Source: an uncultured bacterium (GTDB taxonomy: Bacteria; Patescibacteriota; Patescibacteriia; Magasanikbacterales; UBA922). From it: DNA of 64,000 bases. The DNA lies in assembly GCA_937861125.1 (NCBI GenBank), contig CALMAY010000038.1, forward strand, positions 254,921 through 318,920, given 5' to 3'. Position numbers and translations under genes: made by a program. This document shows, one piece after another, positions 9,772 through 18,958 of the stretch. The notes under the pieces are model-generated. The model searched no databases, was not told the origin of the DNA, and was given only the letters and a program-made list of their open reading frames with translations. Every line of letters begins with the position of its first letter. Position 1 is the stretch's first letter.

Positions 9772-11028
9772 TTAAATAACACTCTTCCCCACATACTTCA
9801 CCAACACCTCTGGTACACGAATCGTCCCATCAGCTTGTTGATTTTGCTCAATCACCGCAATTGGGAACCGTGAGAGTACGACAGCAGTACCATTGAGTGT
9901 GTGGACAAACTCATTTGTTCCATCTTCTTTTTTGTATTTAATACCCAGACGTCGTGCCTGGTAATCTGTACAATTACTCGTTGATGTCACCTCACCAAAA
10001 TCACCTGCATGTGTCTCATCACCCTTCATCGTCATCCAGGCTTCGAGATCGTATTTGCGATACGCAGGACCTCCGAGATCCCCTGCTGGAATATCAATCA
10101 CACGATAGTGGAGTCCCAGTCCATCACAAATTTCTTTTTCAATCGCCAGGATTTCCTGATGCATTGCTTCACTCTCTTCTGGTTTGCAGTAGACAAACAT
10201 CTCGAGTTTGGTAAATTGATGAACACGGTAGAGTCCTTTACTGGTACGACCATACGCTCCCGCTTCTTTGCGGAAACAGTGTGAGAGGGCAACGTATTTC
10301 TTTGGACCGTTTGAGAGATCGAGCACCTCATCACGATGATACCCACCAACAGTAATCTCAGCAGTAGCAATGAGACTCATATCAGTGTTTTCAATCACAT
10401 AAATCTGATCCTGCGCATCACCACGTGGGTTATACCCAGTCCCGACGAGAATCTCAGTCTTGGCCATGTCCGGTGTCTCCATGAGTTCAAATCCGTGTGC
10501 AGTCGCAACATCGATCCCGTAATTGGTGAGTGCCATGTTGAGACGAACGAGATCGCCTTTACTAAAATAAAACTTAGCACCGGCAACCTTAGCACCACGC
10601 TCAAAGTCAATCATGCCGCGCTCAGTGAGCAATGTCTCATGATCTTTTGGTGTGAAATCAAATGATGGTTTAGCGCCATATACACCAACTGTCATGAAAT
10701 CCTCTTCCCCACCCGCAGGAGTTTCTGGATGTGTCAGGTTTGGTACCTGCATGAGGAGATCCATATACGCCGCGTCTGTTGCAGCCATACCCTCTTCTAG
10801 TGCTTTGATTTTTTCTCCTACTTCACGCATCTGTGCAATTTCCTCTGGAGTTGGTTTTCCTTTTGATCCAGCATTGCGTGCAGCACGAAGTGTTTCGATT
10901 TCAGTGATTTGTGTACGACGAAGTTCATCAACACGAATCAGTTCGTCAATATCTACTTTATTACGACGATTGATACAGTTTTGTTTGACGAGTTCTACGT
11001 TTTCTCGAATGAATTTAATGTCTAACAT
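9772..11028 (-). CDS. serS: seryl-tRNA synthetase
   Basis: N-terminal coiled-coil arm and class II motifs (CFRKEAGAYGRTSKGLYRVHQFTKLEMF, GTAVVLSR). Confidence 0.93.
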   Translation of the reverse strand: MLDIKFIRENVELVKQNCINRRNKVDIDELIRVDELRRTQITEIETLRAARNAGSKGKPTPEEIAQMREVGEKIKALEEGMAATDAAYMDLLMQVPNLTHPETPAGGEEDFMTVGVYGAKPSFDFTPKDHETLLTERGMIDFERGAKVAGAKFYFSKGDLVRLNMALTNYGIDVATAHGFELMETPDMAKTEILVGTGYNPRGDAQDQIYVIENTDMSLIATAEITVGGYHRDEVLDLSNGPKKYVALSHCFRKEAGAYGRTSKGLYRVHQFTKLEMFVYCKPEESEAMHQEILAIEKEICDGLGLHYRVIDIPAGDLGGPAYRKYDLEAWMTMKGDETHAGDFGEVTSTSNCTDYQARRLGIKYKKEDGTNEFVHTLNGTAVVLSRFPIAVIEQNQQADGTIRVPEVLVKYVGKSVI

Positions 11029-11062
11029 ATATGAAATTTTTTAAGTATTTGAAGTGAAAAGT

Positions 11063-11467
11063 TTATTTTTTTAGCACAACGATATAACTTGGTTTTTCTG
11101 GTAACTGTTCTATTATACCAGCTTTCACTGGATTCATTTTTGGCCAATTAATCCAACTGTCATGCCAACCATTTTTTACTGCAATGACGTAATGATCGTC
11201 ATCGTTCATATATATAATGTTACCTTCATTATAGATCAAATCTACATTTTTATCTGTCACTTTTGACCAACTAGCTTTAACTCCAAATAGTTTCAATACA
11301 GATACAATATCTCTACAATATAATCCTCTTTCTTGATATATACTATATTTTTCTTTTGGTATTTTTCTTACTACACTACCATATGAAATACCCAAAGCAA
11401 CCGCGATACAAGCAATACCACAACCTAGAGCATCTTCTTGTGGAATAAGAAAATATTTAGTACGCAT
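11063..11467 (-). CDS. stand-alone C39-like papain-fold cysteine peptidase domain protein
   Basis: The N-terminal Q-x5-CG-x-AC signature (IPQEDALGCGIACIAVALGISYG) and the later DDDHYVIAV histidine resemble the peptidase C39 catalytic Cys/His. No transporter domain is present. Confidence 0.5.
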   Translation of the reverse strand: MRTKYFLIPQEDALGCGIACIAVALGISYGSVVRKIPKEKYSIYQERGLYCRDIVSVLKLFGVKASWSKVTDKNVDLIYNEGNIIYMNDDDHYVIAVKNGWHDSWINWPKMNPVKAGIIEQLPEKPSYIVVLKK

Positions 11468-12497
11468 ATTCTTTCAATTCATTATACACCGATCTATACA
11501 TCTCTGCATTTGTTCCGATCAACTCATGGTTCAACACATCATCAAGTTCAAACCATCGCGCTTCTATTACCTCTTCATCCGAAGGTTTGAGCTCTCCACC
11601 TACGACTTTACACACATACGGAACGAGAAATACTTGATACGACGTCTGAGTATGCTGTTTCTCCATCAACTCTACGTGAATATGCTGCAACAATCGTACG
11701 ACTTCCACTTTCAAACCAACCTCTTCCTCTACTTCACGCACCACATTTTCATGAAGCGTCTCACCTGGATCAACTCCCCCACCAGGAAACTCCCATTTGT
11801 TATGAAATTGTGGCTGTCTAGGATCATTGCGCAGACTCATCAATATCTTGCCCTCATTCAGTATAAAGGCACATGGGACAACGATCTGTTTTAGTGCAAA
11901 ATTATTTCTGAAATAAAAACTTATTTTTTCCATCGCTTTTCCTCTGTGACTCGATGCATTTTTTTCCTCTGTCGTCATGTGATAATTCAACTTGTTTGCT
12001 GCTATATCAAAAAAGATAGGATCCAGCGGCATATTATTTTTTATTGGACCAGCAGGTTCTTCAAACAAATATCCATTGACGACATCACGTGTAGAGAACC
12101 ATGTTTCATTGAACGGATCATACAGTGTCATGCAGGAAGCGAAATATGCAGAACGCTCTCCCTCTTTGAGATCTTTTGCTTTCTCCAATATGTTCGCTAG
12201 ACGTTCCTCGTCTGTATTCCCAGTATCTTTGGTATGCACTCCAGGCCAACCATTTAGCCCATCAATAAACAATCCCGAATCATCAGCAAGTGAAATAAGT
12301 CCGCTTTTTTCTGCATAATATTTCGCCTTGAGCAATGAGTTGTACTCAATCTCCTCACCTATTTCTTCTGGTTCTGGAATCGGATCGATATCTTTGAGCG
12401 ACACAAATTCCACACACGACAACGTCGAAAAGAAGGAAGAAATTTCTTTGAATTTCCCCACATTTCCGGTGGCGATGAGGATTTTTGTTTTTTGCAT
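11457..12497 (-). CDS. fusion protein: RdgB/HAM1 non-canonical purine NTP pyrophosphatase + NUDIX (MutT-like) hydrolase
   Basis: The N-half has KILIATGNVGKFKEI...DDSGLFIDGLNGWPGVHT (ITPase family). The C-half has the Nudix box WEFPGGGVDPGETLHENVVREVEEEVGL. Confidence 0.8.
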   Translation of the reverse strand: MQKTKILIATGNVGKFKEISSFFSTLSCVEFVSLKDIDPIPEPEEIGEEIEYNSLLKAKYYAEKSGLISLADDSGLFIDGLNGWPGVHTKDTGNTDEERLANILEKAKDLKEGERSAYFASCMTLYDPFNETWFSTRDVVNGYLFEEPAGPIKNNMPLDPIFFDIAANKLNYHMTTEEKNASSHRGKAMEKISFYFRNNFALKQIVVPCAFILNEGKILMSLRNDPRQPQFHNKWEFPGGGVDPGETLHENVVREVEEEVGLKVEVVRLLQHIHVELMEKQHTQTSYQVFLVPYVCKVVGGELKPSDEEVIEARWFELDDVLNHELIGTNAEMYRSVYNELKEYAY

Positions 12498-12499
12498 AT

Positions 12500-12910
12500 T
12501 TACGACAATATTTTCAGAATCTTACTCGATTTATGTTTCCCTGACTTATACGATTTCAACCGAACAATTTTTGTATTCAATCCAAACTCTTTTATTTTTT
12601 CCTGTAACTTATCTGTAAACGCAATCTGATCATATCCGAGTGCAATCACATCTGGTTTTATTTTTTTGATCACTGCATACACATTTAACTTTGGATCTCC
12701 GAGCACCACCTGATCTACACAACGCAATTCTCGTAAAATAGTAACACGTTCTTTTTCTGTATGCACTGGTTGTTTTTTCTTGAGTAGCTTTACCGTCTTG
12801 TCTCTCGCCACCACCACCGTCAACGTCTCACCCAACTTTTTTGCTGATTGCAAAAAGTGAATGTGTCCAGCGTGGAGAATATCAAATGTACCAAAGACGA
12901 GGACTGTCAT
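12500..12910 (-). CDS. cytidylyltransferase-like nucleotidyltransferase (RibL/TagD-type, possible FMN adenylyltransferase)
   Basis: N-terminal GTFDILHAGHIHFL (HxGH) motif; ~135 aa single domain. Confidence 0.65.
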   Translation of the reverse strand: MTVLVFGTFDILHAGHIHFLQSAKKLGETLTVVVARDKTVKLLKKKQPVHTEKERVTILRELRCVDQVVLGDPKLNVYAVIKKIKPDVIALGYDQIAFTDKLQEKIKEFGLNTKIVRLKSYKSGKHKSSKILKILS

Positions 12911-13392
12911 ATTTGTTTTACCATTCTATACTCATTTACCACAGAGCCGTCTCCTACTGTTTGATCTGGAACTGTTTCTACTATTTCAAAACCGATTTTT
13001 TCATATAAACGAACCGCAGACGTCATATGTTCATTTACAAGTAAACTGAGTCGTGTTGCACCTTTTTCTTTTACTATGTCCTCAATAGCACGAATCAACT
13101 GTCCTCCAATATCCCGACCTCGAAATTCAGGATTAACATACATAGAGATAAGAACCCACTCTTGCGGTGTATCCATGGTAAACGCACCCGCAAGCCCAAC
13201 AGTACATTCTCCTTCAAACGCGCCAACATAGACATGGGTTTGTTTTTGCAATTTATTTTTCCACTCTTCATCAGATGTCTCAAGTTCTTTTTCATATGTC
13301 ACAAAAAACGCCTGAGGATCTGTTTGAAGTGCCTGCAAACGAATTTGTTTGAATTGTTCCCAATCATTTGGTGTGAGAACACGGATATCCAT
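12907..13392 (-). CDS. GNAT-family N-acetyltransferase
   Basis: Acetyl-CoA motif A context FRGRDIGGQLIRAIE and a GNAT-size protein. Confidence 0.75.
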   Translation of the reverse strand: MDIRVLTPNDWEQFKQIRLQALQTDPQAFFVTYEKELETSDEEWKNKLQKQTHVYVGAFEGECTVGLAGAFTMDTPQEWVLISMYVNPEFRGRDIGGQLIRAIEDIVKEKGATRLSLLVNEHMTSAVRLYEKIGFEIVETVPDQTVGDGSVVNEYRMVKQI

Positions 13393-13395
13393 ATA

Positions 13396-14880
13396 TTATT
13401 CTTGTTCTTCAGCCTCTTTTTGAACTACTGGCTTCATCAATGGAAACGCCATAATCTCACGGAGAGTGTGCGAACCAGTAATAAGCGCCACAAAGCGATC
13501 AATACCAATACCCGTCCCCGTTGCTGGAGGCATACCATGTTCGAGTGCTTCGACATAGTCCCAATCATTGTTCATCGCCTCATCATCCCCTGCAGCCGCG
13601 TCGCGTGCCTGTTCCTCAAAACGTGCACGTTGATCAACCGGATCGTTGAGCTCAGTATATGAGTTAGAAAGTTCAAATCCATTGACAATCAATTGGAACA
13701 TGTCGGTGTACATTGGGTCCGCTGCTTTTTTGGCCAAAGGTTTGAGCTCAACTGGATAGTTCATCACAAAGGTTGGTTGGATGATGAATGGACGAGTGGT
13801 TTCTTTGTAGAGATTATCCATCAGTTTTCCACGACCCACCACTCCTTCTGTCTCATACCCTTTTTCTTTCATCACTGCACGCAGACCTTCTTCGGTTGGA
13901 TAATCTGAAATATCGATCCCACTGCGCTCAAGCACTGCATCACGAAATGTGACCACAGGATACGGTGGAGTAAAATCAATCATATGTCCATCCGTTTGTA
14001 CTTTGAGATCACCGACTGAATTTTTGATAATAAACGGAATCATCTCTTGGTGTAGCCCCATGTTTTGATGTGCGTCAGCGTATGCCCAGTAGTACTCGAT
14101 CATCGTAAACTCAGGGTTGTGCTGATGATCCACACCCTCGTTGCGAAATGCACGACCGATCTCAAATGTTTTTTCAAATCCACCCACGAGTAGGCGTTTC
14201 TGCCAGAGCTCGCCGATACAAATACGCAAATGCACTGGTAAATCAAATGCATTGAGATGTGTATCAAATGTCTGTGCCATCGCGCCAGAGGCCACAGTCT
14301 CAAGGACCGGTGTTTCCACCTCATCAAATCCTTTGCTATAGAGAAACTCACGCATGTAGCGCAACACTTTGCCGCGCACAATCATTTTGTCACGACTCTC
14401 TGGATTCATGATGAAATCTAGATAGCGTTTGCGGTATCGTGTTTCATCGTCTTGAAGTCCGTGAAATTTGTCTGGGAGTGGGCGCAGTGCTTTGCTGAGC
14501 AATCTCCATGATGACACGAGAACTGACTCTTCACCACGTTGTGTCTTGAAACGTGTTCCAGAAACTTCGATAAAATCAGCAATATCAACAAACGCACCAA
14601 ACTGTTCAAATGCGCTTGCATCAACCGTATCTGATTTGAGCACTACTTGCATCGTTGCACTTCCATCATCGAGGTGACAAAATGTCAGTTTCCCCATCTC
14701 ACGTTTGGAGCGGATACGTCCGGCGATGATCACTGGTGTTTCTGCCTCTAGTGTCAGTGCGTCAACAATGCGGTGCGTACGACGCACTGTCGCTGGATAC
14801 GGATCAATCCCCGCTTTTTGAATCTCAGCGAGTTTGCCGAGGCGGACTTCGTGTTCGTCGTTTATGTTAATGTCTGGCAT
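13396..14880 (-). CDS. lysS: lysyl-tRNA synthetase, class II
   Basis: OB-fold N-domain and class II motifs (FRNEGVDHQHNPEFTMIEYY, GIGIDRFVALITG). Confidence 0.93.
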   Translation of the reverse strand: MPDININDEHEVRLGKLAEIQKAGIDPYPATVRRTHRIVDALTLEAETPVIIAGRIRSKREMGKLTFCHLDDGSATMQVVLKSDTVDASAFEQFGAFVDIADFIEVSGTRFKTQRGEESVLVSSWRLLSKALRPLPDKFHGLQDDETRYRKRYLDFIMNPESRDKMIVRGKVLRYMREFLYSKGFDEVETPVLETVASGAMAQTFDTHLNAFDLPVHLRICIGELWQKRLLVGGFEKTFEIGRAFRNEGVDHQHNPEFTMIEYYWAYADAHQNMGLHQEMIPFIIKNSVGDLKVQTDGHMIDFTPPYPVVTFRDAVLERSGIDISDYPTEEGLRAVMKEKGYETEGVVGRGKLMDNLYKETTRPFIIQPTFVMNYPVELKPLAKKAADPMYTDMFQLIVNGFELSNSYTELNDPVDQRARFEEQARDAAAGDDEAMNNDWDYVEALEHGMPPATGTGIGIDRFVALITGSHTLREIMAFPLMKPVVQKEAEEQE

Positions 14881-14914
14881 ACAATTTAGTTTGAAAGTTA
14901 TAAAGTTGGAAAGT

Positions 14915-15424
14915 TTATAAAGTTATAATGTAATCTTTCATGGGCATTTCTCTGGGTTCTGTTTTGTGTTTTAAGGTGGATATGCCTATATATACACCCC
15001 CAAGCGATTCACACAATTTCTGACTTCCAATATTTTCTGGAGCCGCTCGATATAACAATGAATCTAATTGTAATGCCTCTCTTGCAAATACCAATAATGT
15101 TTGTAGCGCATCCTTACCATATCCGTTTCCTTGCGATGACTCCTTGATCCAAATACCTACTTCCTTTTTTCCTGGTATATCTTCATGAATACTACAGGTA
15201 CCAATAAACTGCCCTGAAACTAGATCTACTATGTTAAAAGTATATGTTTTACCTGTCAGATTATCTTGCATAGCGTTTTTGATAAACGCATCTGTCTCAG
15301 AAATATCAATTGGTGCTGACCAGCTCATAAACCGAACTAATGTCGGAGTAGACGCAGCAAAAATATCCTCTCGGTATTTCTCCGAAATAGGAACTAATAT
15401 TACTTTTTTGCCTGTATACTGCAT
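14915..15424 (-). CDS. GNAT-family acetyltransferase (RimJ/RimL-like)
   Basis: QGNGYGKDALQTLLVFA acetyl-CoA binding motif; ~170 aa. Confidence 0.7.
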   Translation of the reverse strand: MQYTGKKVILVPISEKYREDIFAASTPTLVRFMSWSAPIDISETDAFIKNAMQDNLTGKTYTFNIVDLVSGQFIGTCSIHEDIPGKKEVGIWIKESSQGNGYGKDALQTLLVFAREALQLDSLLYRAAPENIGSQKLCESLGGVYIGISTLKHKTEPREMPMKDYIITL

Positions 15425-15432
15425 AAAGTCAA

Positions 15433-15876
15433 TTACTGAGGACTAGACCAAAACTTACGAATTACATAATGAAATAAAGACACAGCACACAGATATAATA
15501 CAACTACCTTAAAACCAAACCTATATGGTGCTAATATATAATTCCACAATTGTTTCTGTGTATAAACAACATCATACCTAGCGTCTATATACATTTTATG
15601 TATCACCACATCAGTCTTCATGCCAAATGGTAGTTGAAGGGTTTCGCGGACAGCAACAGGCGCTGGATCACCCCAACCATTCATGTATTGACGTAATGAT
15701 TTTACCACCCACACTGATAGGAGAAAAATTATAATAGCAATAAGGATATGCTTTTTATTAAAAAGCCAAAAAGTATTAGATTTTTTCCCTATATACTGCA
15801 TAGAATTCATATAGATAATAGTACCAAAACCACCATAAAAAAACAACCCTGTACAGAGCTCGTACAGGGTTGTCAT
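15433..15876 (-). CDS. hypothetical membrane protein
   Basis: Long ORF with 3-4 predicted hydrophobic helices and no recognisable family. Confidence 0.45.
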   Translation of the reverse strand: MTTLYELCTGLFFYGGFGTIIYMNSMQYIGKKSNTFWLFNKKHILIAIIIFLLSVWVVKSLRQYMNGWGDPAPVAVRETLQLPFGMKTDVVIHKMYIDARYDVVYTQKQLWNYILAPYRFGFKVVVLYLCAVSLFHYVIRKFWSSPQ

Positions 15877-15884
15877 TTTTTGGC

Positions 15885-16358
15885 TTATTTTACCTCTGAA
15901 ACGGTAAATACTTGGGTGCCAGCTGGTATCTCTACCGTGACGGTGTCACCCTTCTTTTTGCCGATAAATGCCTGTCCGAGTGGTGACTCATTACTGATCT
16001 TTCCCTTGAGAGGATCAGCTTCTTGAGCACCGACGATCATATATTCCTTCTTTTTTCCCTTTGACTCCACCACAATTGTGGAACCAATAGAAATCACACC
16101 ACCTTCTGAGTGATCTGAGGATAATATTTGTGCAGACTCCAAAATAGCGCTAATCTGAGCGATTCGACTCTGGGTCCACGCCATTTCTTCACGAGCAGCG
16201 TGATATTCAGCATTTTCTGAGAGATCACCTAGCTGACGAGCATCATCAATACGCTTCGCAATATGAAGTAATTTGGTAAATTTGAGTTCTTTGTATTCTG
16301 CCTCTAATTCAGCCTTTTTTTCTGGACTGATAAACTGGGCTACTGCATCTTCTGACAT
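15885..16358 (-). CDS. greA: transcription elongation factor GreA
   Basis: Coiled-coil N-domain with DLSENAEYHAAREE and a C-terminal FKBP-like domain. I chose the ATG at 16358 (MSEDAV...) over the longer track ORF. Confidence 0.88.
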   Translation of the reverse strand: MSEDAVAQFISPEKKAELEAEYKELKFTKLLHIAKRIDDARQLGDLSENAEYHAAREEMAWTQSRIAQISAILESAQILSSDHSEGGVISIGSTIVVESKGKKKEYMIVGAQEADPLKGKISNESPLGQAFIGKKKGDTVTVEIPAGTQVFTVSEVK

Positions 16359-16477
16359 ATTATATCGTACCTTAGTATAAAAGAAATAAATAGCCGCCAA
16401 AATAAGAATGGCGGACTATATAGATGTATCTATATTACCAGATATCACTAAGACTGTCAAGTACAAAAAAGACTCAC

Positions 16478-16900
16478 CTAAGACGTTCCCCTCCTTGGAA
16501 AGGAGGGGTCAGGGGTGGTTGACAACGAAGTATCCAAAGACGAACACACATTGATAATATCTTGGGTAACAGATTCTATCTCATCCCTAATTTGCTCATT
16601 ATGATAGCGGCACACACGTAAACCCTGAGACACCAGAAAAGCTTCTCGAATACTATCACTTTTCTTTTTAAACACCTCTCCATGAATATTTCCATCGACT
16701 TCAATAACCAGATGCAGTGATGGACAATAAAAATCCACAATGTACCTACCAATACTTTGCTGTCGTCTAAACTTGTATCCTAATCTATTATTTCTCAATA
16801 CATACCACAACTCTTGTTCTGAAGTTGTCGAGCCTTTTCGTAATTTTTGTCGTGTACGCTTCAAAGATTCAATGTTGTGAATTTTTGGTTTATGTTGCAT
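16478..16900 (-). CDS. DUF559 (Vsr/very-short-patch-repair-like endonuclease fold) protein
   Basis: ELWYVLRNNRLGYKFRRQQSIGRYIVDFYCPSLHLVIEVDGNIH is the DUF559 core. The C-terminal tail (..TPDPSFPRRGTS) is encoded by the flanking repeat. Confidence 0.8.
   Translation of the reverse strand: MQHKPKIHNIESLKRTRQKLRKGSTTSEQELWYVLRNNRLGYKFRRQQSIGRYIVDFYCPSLHLVIEVDGNIHGEVFKKKSDSIREAFLVSQGLRVCRYHNEQIRDEIESVTQDIINVCSSLDTSLSTTPDPSFPRRGTS
16483..16522. repeat. left inverted repeat flanking the DUF559 gene (contains internal hairpin CCCCTCC-TTGGAAA-GGAGGGG)
   Basis: ACGTTCCCCTCCTTGGAAAGGAGGGGTCAGGGGTGGTTGA matches, with a few mismatches and indels, the reverse complement of 16906-16947. Confidence 0.75.
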
Positions 16901-16905
16901 AGGTA

Positions 16906-16947
16906 TCAACCCCACCTAACCTCCCCTTTCTAAGGGGAGGGACGTTT
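16906..16947. repeat. right inverted repeat flanking the DUF559 gene
   Basis: TCAACCCCACCTAACCTCCCCTTTCTAAGGGGAGGGACGTTT is the imperfect inverted copy of 16483-16522. Confidence 0.75.
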
Positions 16948-16972
16948 ATAGCTAAATACAAAGAATTAAGAA

Positions 16973-18958
16973 CTAATTATTATTCTCAATCTTCCCCCAC
17001 TCTCGCAGAAAATCATAGGCAATCGGGACTGCCACAGCTGAACCCTCTTTCCCCTCCTCTACGAGCACTGTGATGGCAATCTGTGGGTTTTCATACGGCG
17101 CATAGCCAGTAAACCATGCATGGTTATTTTTGTTGGCGTTCCACTGGGCTGTACCCGTCTTACCTGCTGCGCTAAATGGAAGCTGCGACAAACGTCGACA
17201 CGAGCCGTACACCACACACTCATGCATACCTTGTGCCACAATTTCAATGTTTCGTTTCTTGGCAGGGAGCTCTCGCACCACCGTTGAACTCACCGTCGTA
17301 CTCACGTTTGTCTCCTTGTCAATAAACCCATGCACAAATCGTGGCTGATAGACTGTCCCACCATTGGCAATCGCGGCGGTAAGCACATTGATCTGCAGAG
17401 GTGTCACGAGCACATCACCCTGACCGATTGAGACATTGTAGGTATCACCGATATACCATGGTTCACCTTTGGTTTTTTCTTTCCACTCTTTGGATGGGAG
17501 AAATCCATCTGACTCACCCGGAATATCTACCCCCATTTTCTCAGAAAAGCCAAATGACTTGAGTCCCGCCATGAGCGCGTCAACTCCCATACCCTCACGA
17601 TCACCATATCCACCGACGAGATAGTAGAAAAAAGTATTGACCGACTGTGCCAGTGCTTTGGTCACATTGGTAATACCGTGTCCCCCACCCTGCCAATCAG
17701 GAAAAAACCATCGTCCGACTGCGAGTCCACCTGTACTATTGACCGTCGTCTCTTTGGTAATAGCTCCAAGCTCCAGACCAATTAAAGCAACAAATGGTTT
17801 GAGTGTTGACCCAGATGGATAATTTCCACTCACGCCACGATTGATAAATGGATTGCGCTCATCAGCGAAATAGGCGGTATACGATGCAGTCGTGATACCA
17901 CCGGAGAAATCGTTGTTGTTGTAGGATGGCGTACTGACATATGCGAGCACTTCACCTGTGTGCACATTACTGACAATCGCTGCAGCTTTTGGATAACTCG
18001 CATTGAGATGCGCTGCTACCGCTTTTTCCAATGCTGCCTGCACACGGATATCCATCGCCAGCGTCATATACTGACCCGCCACCGGTGACGACTCCGAGAG
18101 GACGCGCTGCACACGCCCGAGCGCATTGACCTCTACGAGACGACGACCGTACGTCCCACGCAGTTGTGATTCGTATGTTTTTTCCAGTCCTGTCTTACCA
18201 ATATCATCTGATGGTAAATATCCGGTTTTGTATAGTGCATCTAATTCATCTTTTGATAATTTTCCTAAATATCCCAGCACATGTGAGAGCCCCTCGACGC
18301 GCTGCGTCGGCGAGACTTCGGCAAATGTCTGCACATACTGTCGTTTGCTCCCGCGAATAATGGAGATACCTGGCAAGTCAGAGAGCGAGACATACAGCGA
18401 GAGCGCCGTCTCATAGGGAATGTCTTCTTCGATCACCACAGACTCGTAGCGATATGATCCATATTCTTTGAGTGTCGCCTCGATTTCATCTTCTGGTTTT
18501 TGGGTCAAGGCAGCAAGACGAGAAACAATTTGTTTTCTCTCCTCTACATCACGTGGCAGATCTTGCGGCACGAGTGCGAGTGAAAACTTTGGCACGTTTT
18601 GGGTCAACGCCACACCATTGGCGTCCAAAATCACACCACGCTCGGATGGAATCGGCACAACGCGTTGTGAATTGCGTAGCGCTGCAGTTTGAAACGAACC
18701 ACTCGCAAACAGCTGTACATACATCAATCGAGCCAAGACAATAAAAAACACACATCCAAATAGCCCAAGCAAAATCTGAATCGAACGTCGATTGATACTC
18801 GTGACAATGTGTGCACGAGTTGATGGCAGCGGATCGAGTCTCCCCGTCTTTGCATCGATATGCATCGCACCCTCGACCCAATCATTCCCAATATGACCAG
18901 TTTCTATATGCAAGAAGCCGTCAGGAAAATACGATTGTTGTTTGTCATCATCTTTCAT
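16973..18958 (-). CDS. mrdA: penicillin-binding protein 2 (elongasome transpeptidase)
   Basis: N-terminal TM and dimerisation domain, with transpeptidase motifs STLK (SGSTLKPF), SVN and KTGTA. It lies directly downstream of mreBCD. Confidence 0.88.
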   Translation of the reverse strand: MKDDDKQQSYFPDGFLHIETGHIGNDWVEGAMHIDAKTGRLDPLPSTRAHIVTSINRRSIQILLGLFGCVFFIVLARLMYVQLFASGSFQTAALRNSQRVVPIPSERGVILDANGVALTQNVPKFSLALVPQDLPRDVEERKQIVSRLAALTQKPEDEIEATLKEYGSYRYESVVIEEDIPYETALSLYVSLSDLPGISIIRGSKRQYVQTFAEVSPTQRVEGLSHVLGYLGKLSKDELDALYKTGYLPSDDIGKTGLEKTYESQLRGTYGRRLVEVNALGRVQRVLSESSPVAGQYMTLAMDIRVQAALEKAVAAHLNASYPKAAAIVSNVHTGEVLAYVSTPSYNNNDFSGGITTASYTAYFADERNPFINRGVSGNYPSGSTLKPFVALIGLELGAITKETTVNSTGGLAVGRWFFPDWQGGGHGITNVTKALAQSVNTFFYYLVGGYGDREGMGVDALMAGLKSFGFSEKMGVDIPGESDGFLPSKEWKEKTKGEPWYIGDTYNVSIGQGDVLVTPLQINVLTAAIANGGTVYQPRFVHGFIDKETNVSTTVSSTVVRELPAKKRNIEIVAQGMHECVVYGSCRRLSQLPFSAAGKTGTAQWNANKNNHAWFTGYAPYENPQIAITVLVEEGKEGSAVAVPIAYDFLREWGKIENNN

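Noticed and set aside
10485-10494. tRNA T-arm-like GTTCAAATCC string
   Set aside because: It lies inside the serS coding sequence with no flanking acceptor, D or anticodon stems. I found no credible tRNA, rRNA, tmRNA or RNase P candidate in any intergenic gap; all gaps are under 250 bp.
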